The position numbers were made by a program, and so were the translations under genes. From Bugula neritina (Eukaryota; Animalia; Bryozoa), in assembly GCA_964035545.1 (NCBI GenBank), contig OZ037767.1, positions 3,359,680 to 3,423,679 of the forward strand: DNA of 64,000 bases, in the 5' to 3' direction. The number at the start of each line of letters is the position of its first letter. The first letter of the stretch is position 1. The notes under the pieces were generated by a model, which was not told the DNA's origin, searched no databases, and saw only the letters and a list, made by a program, of their open reading frames with translations. Positions 12,901 through 28,800 of this stretch are shown here, piece after piece.

Positions 12901-15900
12901 AGAGTGGAAACTTCTATTGACTTGAAGTGAACTGTAAAAAAAACTCATGGGCTCTATTGCACATTTACTAGAAAATTCTTCAGCACTAGACCTTTAAGTG
13001 TTCATTGATTTTTCACTAATGCAGTTCAAGTTATAGATGAGTATGTTATAAGCTATTAGCATCTCTCAACACTTTTTTCTTCCGAGCAGCTTTGATAAAA
13101 CAAGAACCTACTGATGACCTATATTTCTAGCCGTTCACGTTAAGGTCAGTCTGCAAGTAATACAGTATCAGTGACTAGCTCTCTATTGATATAAGTCCTC
13201 AATATAGTTATTAGCTGTATTTTAATACTTATATACCTGATTAGTATTGTAAGCAGTGTGACTAAACAGTGTGTATTACATTACAACATACTTGAGATAT
13301 GCACATTGCCTGCTAGCCAGTTTTCTAGGGCACCATTCCAGACTATGAGGATAGCAGTAAAGGTGTACCTGCTCTATCAGAAATCTTATGAAATTATAAC
13401 CAAGAATAGCCATCAGATTTGAAATTGTAACACATTTTTGCCTCATGTATGATGGAGGTATTTAATATTGCGATATTTTATAAAAGGGCCAAGGGTAAAT
13501 AGATTTCTACATTTGGCTGTGAATGCAATTTTTATTTCTGGTTAATGTTTTTTATGATTTATAACTGAGCAAACAAAATAGCAATGGTTTGATGTGTAGA
13601 AGATTGAAATAAAATGTGGTATAAAATCCTTTGATATTTCGAACTTCTTTGTTTTTATTGAAATGCTTCGCTAACCACACACATTCATATGCTCCTATAG
13701 CCAGGCAAGTTACTAGAGTCATAAGAGAGCAAAGTTTACTACTTAGGTTAACTATGATTAGCTTTTACAAAAAGAGCAAACTTCTTGAATTAGATGCAGA
13801 GTGGCGTAGCTTGTGTTTAAGCTATAAAGGGAATTATCTTTTTCTAAAGGCATTCTAATCCAAATTGCAAATGACTCATCTATTCACCAAAAGTTTTGCG
13901 GAGAGATTTATAGAGCTGTAGCATGACTTTGTATCTCGCCATTTCCCACATATTACCTTCGCTTTACCTTGCAGTACAAATTGAAAACTGAAAATATTCA
14001 CTGCTGTTCACCTATGTCCTGTTAAATCTGAAGTCACAACCTTTTTACTAACTGTACTCACTGGGTAATGTACATGTACATAAAATACTGTATCTATGTC
14101 ATACAATAATCTACAATTCATATCCAATAGACACTATATTAACATTTTAGCATAATTGTACGACATGAATATTGCAGGAAAAGTGAGAGCTGGACTATAG
14201 ATCATGATTTTCATTAATCACTTGCCTTGGCTTGAGAACACATGTGTTGTTTTTCAGCATAAATAATTTAAAATTAGCATAAAAAGAAAAGTGTAATAAA
14301 ATCATCAAGTGTGCACTAAGTGAATAGTGACTTCTACATCGCTGTGCGTTCAGTGTTAGTTTGAGCTTAGCTGTTAATTTTTTGTAGTTAGGGCAGAATT
14401 TGTTTAAGATAATGATCTTTAAATATTGCCACAATCTGCTAAAGTCTAAAATCCAATTCCCTAGATTATCCCAGACTTTGATAACAGATCATTTGTAACA
14501 AAGAAACATTTTTTGTACCACAAAGAAAATAGATATGGCCAACTACACAATATTCAAATAAAGGCTGTAAAACCTTCTGTAAATCAAATTTTCACACTTG
14601 AAACAGTATAATAAAATCATGCTATTTCAACACCGGTATCCATGGCAACAGTTATTATTCTGAATTATTTTGGCTCAGTGATTTTCACAGCACTTGTGTA
14701 TAACATATTTATAAAATATCAAATCACCAGCACGTCTGCCCACCATATATTTTGATAAACAACCAACAAAACTAATTTAATGTTTTCTATTAAACTATGG
14801 CATATCAACTAGTGCTATGTTTGGACGCACAGGTGGTGGGACAATAGCTTCGTTATATGCTATTATATTAATTCCATTAGACATCTATCAAAATGACATA
14901 TGCTATCTCTCTAGTGTAAACTCTTTGTAAAGTCACACTTGATATTAAACTTATTACATATGTACAGTTTCAATCAATAATTCATTAAATACTGAATTTT
15001 TACTGCTTCACTTAGTTTTTATCATGCAGCTAAAATTAGTTTGAATAATGAAAGCTTTTCTGCACTGGTTAGCTGTCCGCCAGGGAATAGAATTGCATTA
15101 AAATTTCGATTCAGTCTGCAGGTTTGAGTGTGAACTTGTGACTATTGATGAGTCATCTGGGGTTACATAAGATTTCAATTCAGTGAACTAAATTCAATGT
15201 AACAGTGTCTGTTGCTAATTACTGTTAGATTTTAGCCTTGAATCTCTCCACCCTAAATCCAGAATATATCAACAACCTGAAGATTATTTGCTGAACTATT
15301 ACTAATCTATATTGCAAATTATTGCAATACTTTAGCTGCTGTTCTTGAACTTAGTAAATGTGATTTAGGTGGTTACAAAATCTACCCCCTCATATTATGA
15401 GAGAGTTTACACAACTCTAGCTACCCTACTCATGAATCACTGACTAACCAATATTACTAATAATTATGACTACTGTATCATAACTATTTGATGATTCCTA
15501 AATGCCATGTTTTGTTGCTTAGTAACAACCTGAGCATCCTCTTTGTTCTTGAAGGCAATATTGTGTAGCCTGAGCTTCATGGATTCTTACTTACTAGTCT
15601 TTAATAACTCACCTAACTGGCCTGCGGAGATTGAATACTAGCCATTCTAAGGCTGTGAGATTGCAAATTAAAAATGTTCCTCTAGCACTAAAGTTTTACA
15701 CTCTTAGCGCATAATCTACATATTTATTACTCACGTTTATTGTTGTCCTGCGTCTCCAGCAGCTTGTTCTTTTCCTCCGCTACAAAAGACAGTCATGGAT
15801 TAGCATAACGTTAAGTCAATTTTCAGACTAATTACTGGCAAATGTATTCAACTTATGAGTGGCAATTCAATAGCCGATTGTCGCACAGGAAGTTGAGTTG

Positions 15901-18900
15901 GTGCTGCAGAGGAAGAGCACAAACCTGACCACCAGCCCGTTGTTTACTAAATCACAAAAAATTTAGCCAAAAATGATATCAAGAAAGTATGTAATCAAAA
16001 AAAAGCTTCACTCTTTTATTTGTTGGTAATTTACAACTGAATAGCGCAAGTAACGCAACTTTAAAATTTTATTTTGAAGCTCATCAAGTAAGCCAATTTT
16101 CTAAAGAATTGTCCGAGACGAAAGTTTGGTATTGTTGGATTTGGTACCGGGACACTTGGACTTGCCAGTGTTGCACACGCTACCACAAGCTGCGCTACTA
16201 GCATACATATTAAGTGGTTCTTTTCATTGTCAAACCAAATTTTGGCGGCAAAAGATTTTGTGTTTTTGTTTGTTTAGTTCTTAATAGACTGTACACCCTT
16301 CATATTATGCTAATGCAAACATTTCCAACAAGATAATGTCTTCGCCTTCACCAATCAATGATCAATAACAAGATGTTCTTTAGTCCCAGCCTTGCATATA
16401 CAGATATTAGATGCAACTACTTACAATTATTAGCCCTAGTACCACAAGCATTACTGAACATGATGCAGAATAATGCAGCTGAAACAAATTATCTTAACCT
16501 TGTTATTTAAATTGTGTTCATAATTTGCGACTGCAGCAGTTATAAAAAACTGTATACTTGCAGTTAAAGGCTACCACTCCCACCATATTGCATCTTTTCC
16601 CACAATTTCTAAACTGAATATTCAGCAGTTTTAAAAATGTCATGACATTTTGCAACTATAATTCCGTGAGCTAAAATATGATGAAAGCATTCAATGTGTT
16701 ATGATAACTACATATGACAGTATAGTTTCATCATCATAATCATGTAAACACACGGTAATCATGTATGTCACAACATTATGAATGATGTGCGGATATTTTG
16801 TGTAGTTTTAACACCCACGTGATAATACAGCAATAATATTATATGCATTGCAAATACTAAAATATTCAGTTTGATATTCTGCAGATGAGATGGTTTGTTG
16901 ACTTCCAACAGTAATGGCTGACAAGTGACTTATTGTCTCATTGATTAGTTTGTGATGAACTATGAAGATCCCAATTTCTTAAGCCAGCCATTAGAACTAA
17001 TGCATTCGTGTGGTAATGGCTTCTTGGTTCATCGAAAATTAATCAACGCTATTGTAAGATCCTCAATGGATGGCTATTGAGGGAATTATTTGATACAAAT
17101 TCATAACTATGCCAGCGGGAAAGAATGGATTGTAGTTAATTGCTTACAGATATAGCAAATGTAACAATACTAATTTTATCCTGAGTACATCCACAACATA
17201 GAAATAAGTGGCCATACTTAACACACACTCAATGGCAGAAATGACTTGCAGGTGAAATTTTGTTGTAGAAGACACACAGGGTGAAATTGTGTGCAGTTTG
17301 TGTAACCAAAAGTACTACATTTATAAGCAGAAATTGAAGCTGGAAGACAGAAACAATGGAAGTGTAAAATATATATGTTGGTGTGAATTAGCCATACCTC
17401 TCATCAATTAGCATGGGTTCTAAATGAAAAGTCAGATTTGCGTTAACATACTGTTTATATGTAATGCCAAAAGGTTTGCCTTCCCTACGTGGGTCTAGTT
17501 ATCAGGTATATCTTTGTCTCACTTTATTATTATGATCCATACTTCATTAACTTTTAACAAAATATATCAATATTACAGAGCAGATGTTATCTGCCTTCAA
17601 CATTGAAGATGTTCGACCCCTCTCAACTATAATGTTTGCTGAGCAAACGGCATGAAGTGCTGACGTACTGCAGTCAGTTGGCAAGGCAGCTACTTAGAGG
17701 GCCATGTACTAGGTGTGGCAGGGCGGAGTTAGGTGCAGTTATGGAGGCTGTGTTTTAGGTGAGAAATGTAGCCATATAAATTATGTTCTCAAAAGAATTT
17801 TAACCTATGCCCCAAACCAAAATTTATTAAAAAAGTTAAAGAACTTAGACAATTGGAATTTTTCTGCTATGCATCAAAATGAGAACTAAAGTTATTGCTA
17901 TCAGTTGCACATGGCTAGGTAATTGATACACGAATACCCACCATAAAGATTAGGGCCAGAATTCTCAGTTACATAAAAAGCGTTTGAAGTTAATAAAGAC
18001 TAGGCGCAGCCTAGCGGAGGTCAGTAGAATGTGGATGCAAAATTTAGGTCACTGTGCTCAGCACTTGACTACATGTAGCCTCGGCTGTTATTGATTAAAA
18101 TATAAAAAACTGAAGCTAACTGAAATCCCAAGTGGCCGCCGTTATAAACCTTTTCAATGCGAGAGTACGCTATTGGGCTTTGGCTACGACCTAAACTTTC
18201 ATAAAATACAGCCAACTAAGGTTAATTAAGCTTATGATGCGATATACAAAAGTATTAAAATTTAAATTCAATCAATACTTGAGCGAGTTTAAATCTATAC
18301 TAGATACTATGTTGGTAATTATACTGTTCTATCGCTATGATCTAATGTCGAACACGACTAGAAGATGCGTGGACTTTAGACCACCACTACGCTAGTACCT
18401 TGGAGCCTTGCATCTGTCACGGCTTTATGGCTAGTGTTAGATATTGTCAACCATTTCCTAGCCCAATAATAGTAATTAGGAAAAGTTTGTTTGGCTTTGC
18501 TAAATAGCTGATTCTTGATAATTACCTCAAATCATAACTGAGCACAAAGACTGGACAATACCTTTTGTCTATGCATACTAGAACTATTCTGGTGGCCAAG
18601 TTTGTTTGTTTAGTTTTTGAGTTTAACAAGTCTGAAAATCAAAATATCATTAATTTTAAATGAGCTGTTTGCATGACAGTTAAATGGTTGACTGCATTCA
18701 ACAAGGAGAGGCTTTTCATAAACAGTGGGAATTCAAAATCAAATTTTAGATCTAAAAATAATCTGCCTTAGAGCGAAACCTGCCAATGAAAAAACATGTT
18801 GGTGCCATGAGTAATATTATTAAAAACACAAATATAGTTAACCAAATTACTGGATTCATATTCTAGATACAGAGTTATATTCAGTAAATAAACCTATTGG

Positions 18901-21900
18901 TCTATATAATACAGTCATAGCCAATAGCCTGCATTATAAAGAAATGTTACATGTGGAGGTACTTTCGTAACTGTAAATGTTTCTGACAAATACCGGAAAT
19001 TGCAAAATTACGATGAGCTTAGTAATAATTACTACAGGTTACTATAACTTGCATAGCACACAGCTGTTAGTTTCTTCAGCCTTGAGCCATTATATTTATT
19101 GCCTCAATTATTGCTAGTTATCCAAACAAATATCTATCTTTATTGGGTTCTGCAGGGCTGATCCTACCAGATAGCTATCAAAATTGGTGAACCATAAATT
19201 ATGTTTTAGATTGAATCAAAAATACTTAGCATTATTCAGACAAAGGGCTTTGGTTTATGGCCTCCTATACTCATATACTAAATTACTACATGGAAACATC
19301 TTATGCTGTTATGTAAGAATTGCAAGGTAAACATAGGCTTGTGCATTTAGTGAATTCGGACAACCAGTTTGATAAAGGTTTGCCTAAGTGGACAGCTTTG
19401 CACTACCAATGAAGCAACTAAAAATTACTAGAACATAACTTTTTGTTGCAGAACAAAAGACTGATTGGGCTACTTTGAAAAAAATTATGATCAATAACTA
19501 AATGACAATCAACTTATTAAATGCGCATGTCATGCTTGAATGCTTTTCAGTTTAGGCAAAAGTTGGTTAATAACTTTGCAGCAAAACAAAACTCTGATCT
19601 TGAAAGATTTCAAGTGGTAAGATACCATAAGTGCCATTACTGAGACAGAACAAGTGAAATGCACTTATACAATGCCATGCTTTGCATAATCTGAACACAA
19701 ATAGCTTACCAGTAGCATCTATTTCTTCACTAGCTCCTTTCTCTGGGTCTGCCCTGTAAAAAGAACACTAGTGAAACATCTTAAGGCATGAACAGTTAGC
19801 TAGCAGCTGTATTGGCTATAAATCTAGATCTGCACCATTGCAACTGTGTCATATGTTAATGTCATTGGATACTAAATCATGTTACTCTTTGACAGGTGTC
19901 TTACACTGAGCTAATGTAATTTCCTTGTGATGATAACACAACAATTCACACCTGCAACCAAATATCAGCAATCTGATATAAAATCTAAGACATCAAATAC
20001 TTCTGGGGTCAAATGATCCACCAACATAATTACATATCAGGCACAAACTTTGCCCCTGTTTGGCTGATATGTTATAAAATTATCAGAACTAATGAGTCAC
20101 CATTATTTATCTAAATTGCTGATAATTAAATTGCAAATATATCTAGAATAAAATATAATTTCAAAATTTTACTTCAGTTTGAACTGTTAGCTCATAAACT
20201 ATACGACTTCTATGTAATAGAGTGAGAAGTCAAATAAAGGGAAACTGTATCGAGGAAGGGACTATAACGAGTATAAGTTGCTGACTGCCTTGTCAGCATG
20301 ACTCATTATCTAACTCCAGCTAGGAAGTGACTTGAAACACTAACATCCATTAGGCTAAAGTGCCACAAAACCAAACATTTTATTGATTAAATGTCTTCGG
20401 AAGAATCCCATAAGGCAACGGAGATAGTAAGTTTAGCTTTTTAACATCTTTTTGTCAGCTGCAGGTATGAGAAGTTGTGGTCTAACATTAGGCACAGCCC
20501 TCCAGGGCAATACACCAGTTATGACCTATAGCTGCAAGCTAAGATTGCTCCTCAGGCATACAAGCAGTACCATCCTAACTGACTAGAAGGCAGGTTACTT
20601 ACTGTTCAGGTGAAGTTTCCTGAGTCGCTCCCTTAGATACCTCTGCAAACTCTACAAACAAATCTTTACATTAGTACTGTGAATATTAACCTTGTAATCT
20701 TTAAGTTTTACAAGTTGCAACATGTTTACCTTGTGATAAAATACTGATTAGCATTAACATTAACATCTGGTGCTAACAGTTCGATATGCCAACTCATCTA
20801 AGGTATAGCTGGCTTCTATGGGAACATTTGATTGATGTTACAATGTACAGCTCACACATGCCGTTACATTGAGACAGGAAATGATTGGGATCTAGTAAAC
20901 ACTTTAACTTCGAAGTGTTAAAAGTTTTAGCAGTCAACTATACAACTTTCACAATTTGGATTTACAGTTACATCCTTGTTACATAATTTGGCGAATCACA
21001 GTGTATACATATGCAATGGGAAGAAGTTATTCCAAACTTCCTTTTACAGTTGACTCATTAAATTGGGTTATGACTTACTGCTCCGCCTTTTCCTCACAAC
21101 AATGATGACGACGATGACTATGAGGATGAGTATAGTGACTACCACCACGATTATGACAATGGTGGTAGTGGATCCTGCTTGCTTAGTATTCCCAGTATCA
21201 GCCTTGTCGACTACATCTTTCTCTGTTGTGGGTTTAGGTTTTGGTTCCATTGGCGATGGTGGTTTGGTCGGAGTAGTAGTTTGTACATCCCATGTGATGT
21301 TGTAGCCCACCATTACAGCTAAAATTACATGCAGTGCAGTAGTTATGAATAGACCTATAATAATGACAGTTTTCTTATTGATTTTATAACGCTTAGTTAA
21401 TTCAGAATTGCACCAGTGTGCTAGTTGAAGCCTAAAAGGGGCAAGTAGGGTAAGTAAACTGAGCTGTCCTTTGGAATGGAAATAGTTAGATATATTTAAT
21501 GACTCCAACAAAAAACATAAAAGCAGCAGACACATACAGTATTGATGATAATTGAAAAATACCTGCACACGCTTTAAAATATTATCCGTATACTTACTGC
21601 CAAGTTTGCTATCTGATGTGCTGACTGTGCATTCGTACAGCTCACTCATAGTTTCATTGACATCTGTCCCAGAAACTTTTAAAATTGGTTCAGTAGAGAC
21701 GACAGTACCATTGTTCATCCATGAGTACATAATTGTCACACCATCTGGTAAGTTTCCACCAGTTGTACAGTCAAGTGCTTCAGTTCTCGTTGGATTTACA
21801 GACATATGGGACAGTTCTGGTTTATTAGATTCCAGATCTAAAAAACGCAACTTTTTATAATGCATGGCACTACAAAAATCATGTAACAAACAATTAAACA

Positions 21901-23941
21901 CTCAAAATTTTTCAAGAATTTGAATAGAACAAACTATAACAAAAGTCAAACTAAAAAACAGCTATTACTTCAATAGGCAATACTAGTGACTACTTTTGAT
22001 TAACTTTACGTTTATCTGCTGCATAATAGGGTGACTCTAAAGTAGGGTAAACAAGCTAAAGAAGACAGACTCCGATGGTATTGGTTTTTCTCTATTGCAA
22101 TTGAATAGCTTAGTAAAAGCCTATTGTCAATCTTCATGTCGAAAAGGCTCTAGTTACCACAGTCAAAGCTAATTTTCCTCAATTTAAGTACTAGTTATCA
22201 TGGCACTAGAACTGCAAAAGTCAGATAAGTTAAGAAGTGAAGACAGTCTGCTTACAGAATACAGTGATTTGCTTCTCCTGGGAGGTCAGGCTGCTCTGTC
22301 CACCATTATAGTTGGCATGGGTTTCATCAACACATTTGAAAACACTTCCATCATCAGCTGGACCAACTTTATAGGATGGTTCTCCTTGTAGTGCTATTCC
22401 ATTTTTCTCTAAAACATTTCAGCCAACTTCACATTACACTTATCTCCATTTAGCAATTACTTTTCAATATGATGCTGATAAACAAAGGTCAAAAACAAAA
22501 TAACTTGTAACTCTATAATTCAATTTAAAATCTTTTAATGTTGCCACCTATTTTGAACCAGGAAGAAGTAAAAACAGCAGCATGTGCTGTTTATTCAGCA
22601 TGGTAGTGCACAAAACCCAACGCATTTTAAACCAAGATAATAAACTCAAACTCAACGAATTTGATTGCCTATATTAGAAGACTCTTAATTTCTCACCATA
22701 AGAAAAAGTAGAAGCTGGAGAACCACCTTGAGATTGACAGACAACTCCCAGCGTGTCACCACTGTACATCATCATATCTGGAGTTATGGTCATATCAAGT
22801 TGTGTTGGTGCAACTAGAATATATATAATTTATACAATGATAGACAAAATTGACTTTTCTAGCCTGTCTTGAACTCACTATTTGCATTTTCATCTTTTCC
22901 ACCACTTAAACAGTTTAGCTTAAAGACAACACATTGGAGCATGGAAGTGATGCACAATTTCTGTGATTCTTACCCTTCAATTGATCCACTTCTAGTTTAG
23001 AGCCTGTTTCAAATGAATTGGCACTGGTGACCCAAAAACAGGTATACTCCCCCACTTCTGTCAGCGTTGACTTGAGTACGATAGTTGCCGTCAGCGAGGC
23101 GCCAAGGTTACTGTAGGCAGCTTCACAATCTTCAGTTGAAACTACATCTGCATCTGCTGTGTTAACAGTTGTCAACCCTGCTGCCTTGCCAACCAAACAG
23201 CCTTTTACATCAGTAGCAGGATCACCAACTTTTATGTAACCAAAGCCAGTGAGCGAACTATACTCATCTTGTTGCAGAGTAAACGTACAACTGAAGATTC
23301 CCTCTTCATTTTCATAAAAGCTTGGGAAGTTACTCGAGCTGTATATCCCTCCATCTGAAATAAATCCAAATTGCTTTCTAATAAATGCACCATTTATTTC
23401 CTGTGCTTACCTAATATATAGTTATGGGATTAGAAACACTGTAGATAATATATTTTATCTACTTTCTCAGGGAAGCTGTTAATAATTTGTTGCTAATCAC
23501 CTAGTCGCATGCAATAGTTTCTGAAAATTAAACAGTTATACATTTTTAGCTTTCACAACAGTAATCACATTGTTACCACCTGCTTTCAATAGTAAAGTTA
23601 AACACATATTTAAAATTAAATTAAAATATCTTCAGAGTATGAGTTAATAACTGTAAGTATAAGTAATAGCTAGCTTGATCTCTGCATTTAGTCTTATATG
23701 ATGATACTTATATGACAAATAAATTATGGAACAAAACTTACTCAATTTCTATTTGAAAGTGGGTTATTAATATAAACATGAATACCAATATGAATATGGT
23801 TTGTCACTTTGTGCATGTTGATATTTACATTGCTTGTGATTATATAAAATAATACAGGTGAACTGTTAACATATTAGACTTACCTTGAGCGAATACTTGA
23901 AGAACAGTCAAAGATAAAACTATCCAAGTGAAAGCAGACAT
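9952..23941 (-). CDS. Type I membrane Ig-superfamily protein, copy A (signal, V-like + 2 Ig domains, Thr/Pro stalk, TM, acidic tail), 11 coding exons, 460 aa
   Basis: Exons (minus): 23941-23884, 23354-22974, 22813-22697, 22408-22256, 21837-21598, 21318-21079, 20651-20603, 19753-19710, 15779-15735, 10685-10663, 9984-9952. All GT-AG; total 1383 nt, open frame to TAA. Signal MSAFTWIVLSLTVLQVFA; Ig signatures FSCTF...GEYTC...GSKLEV, VVCQSQGGSP...DDGSVFKC, LDCTT...YSWMNNG...LYECTV; TM IVIIVVVVTILILIVIVVIIVV followed by RKRR. Ectodomain and TM exons are secure; the five tail micro-exons are inferred from splice signals and phase. Confidence 0.8.
10126..10322. mobile_element. Tc1/mariner-pogo-type MITE
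   Basis: ~23-bp TIRs cagtgcaccctccatatctcact / agtgagatatggagggagcactg. TA on the left flank (right flank TT); no coding capacity. Confidence 0.7.
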
Positions 23942-24683
23942 AGTTGAAACTTGTTGGAAACTGATGTATAACCTCAGTGGAAATTACAGACACTAAAGCA
24001 ACACTGGATTCCTTGGAGTTAATAATATTGTGTTCTGTGTATTTTGATTCTATAATGCGCACTGCAATCAATAAAATACTGCTGCAAGCTGATTGGCTAA
24101 GTTTAAATGTACCAGGTTGGGTGCCTCGCTATAGACAAGGAAATGCAACTCCAGTAATCACGTGATAAGTGCAAACATGCACAAAACTGCATCTGTACTT
24201 TCTGATGGAGTTATTTAGTTGATGTGGTTCAAACATATTTTGTTAAAGAGCTCACTTAATTCTAATTGAATTTTGCTTTGTGCAGACAAATGACATATAC
24301 TTTATGTGATATAAAAAAGAACAAATATTTTTCCTTTAAAAATTACTATGGATTTGAAACGTTTACATATTGATATATTTTTGCTTAACAAAACCATATC
24401 TGCAGTTAGCACTTTTGTTTCAATGTTAATTTTTTAAAAGATTTGGTCAATCATTATGGCAAAATTTTAAAATTCCAAAGGTACTACACTCCATGCTGTT
24501 ACTTTAGCATTTCATATTTGGCAAGGGCTTTAAGCTTTGTACAGCTAAGCAGAATTAAATGTCTAGCTATTAAACAAAATAATTTAGTGAATTCATTTTC
24601 TTGATACCTAATAAAGAAAAAAATTAATACTAGATTCAATAATAGCGACAAGATTATTAAGAGTTGGATCTATTTTCAGAGTA

Positions 24684-24900
24684 AAAAAAACTCACGCAAG
24701 TTTATAGTCACTATCCCTGTGAGAAACCCCTGATAGAAAGGGTTTTTGTTAAAGCGGGCTAAGGACTTATTTAAATGAGGCACAGGAGCAATTATGACTG
24801 GATGCTCTTCCTAACATCACCAATGGTCTTTGTCAGGGCTCGAACCCATGAGCTTCGTGTTTACTAGGCAAACGCTCTAACCCCTAGACCACTGCTGCTC
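24684..24900 (-). mobile_element. tRNA-derived SINE, copy 1
   Basis: On minus: A-box GTGGTCTAGGGGTTAGAGCG and B-box GGGTTCGAGCCC. 13-bp TSD tattttcagagta (24671-24683 / 24901-24913). Absent from the paralogous site near 36220; homologous to 52321-52543. Confidence 0.85.
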
Positions 24901-25422
24901 TATTTTCAGAGTAGACAACTCTAAAATAAACTCATAACATTTTCCAAAAACAGTTAAAGTTCTAAATGCATTTTATATCACTTACAGCAAATAAGATATG
25001 GCATGTAAAATTTTCTCAAGCTAAGCTAAACTATTCTATTTAAATACTTCATTACAAAAACTGATTCTATGAAAACATTAAGGCTTTTATTAATCTTACC
25101 ATAAATCTAATATTGCCTGTGGCCTTGGAGTTAAGTGTAAACTTATTACTTCTTTGCACTGATGTATAATTATTTTTTAGTTTTAGGAAAGGATTGCATA
25201 CTTTACTTAAGTTGATTACATAATTATATGTCACATGTCGTACTTCCTACGCAAAAGAAAACAAAGTTATATACACCGGCTTTCCATGTACCGATCTCAG
25301 ATCGATCTCAGGGAGATCGATCCATGGAAAGACGTCAAAGATCGATCTCAGTCGTTCTGAGCTGGTCGGTCTGTAGAGCTCGAACTCAGATCGATCTCAA
25401 GGCAATAAGACCATGGAAAGAC

Positions 25423-28800
<3,378 letters not shown>

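Noticed and set aside
13111-13165. CTGATGA as a second hammerhead or a C/D snoRNA
   Set aside because: No GAAA core at the right spacing, and no convincing D box with terminal stem.
21068-21901. 277-aa ORF as a single-exon multi-pass membrane protein
   Set aside because: It is Ig exon 5, a stop-free 279-nt intron and exon 6, read through. Strong GTAAGT donors sit at 21597 and 21078, and the paralogous intron in copy B contains stops.
21063-22391. Plus-strand ORFs conserved in both duplicates (21063, 21552, 22200; 32267, 32935)
   Set aside because: Antisense shadows of the Ig exons; their conservation is explained by the duplication.
25295-25400. Spaced AGATCGATCTC repeats as a CRISPR-like array
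   Set aside because: Eukaryotic context, short repeats and irregular spacing; they are subterminal repeats of the DNA transposon.
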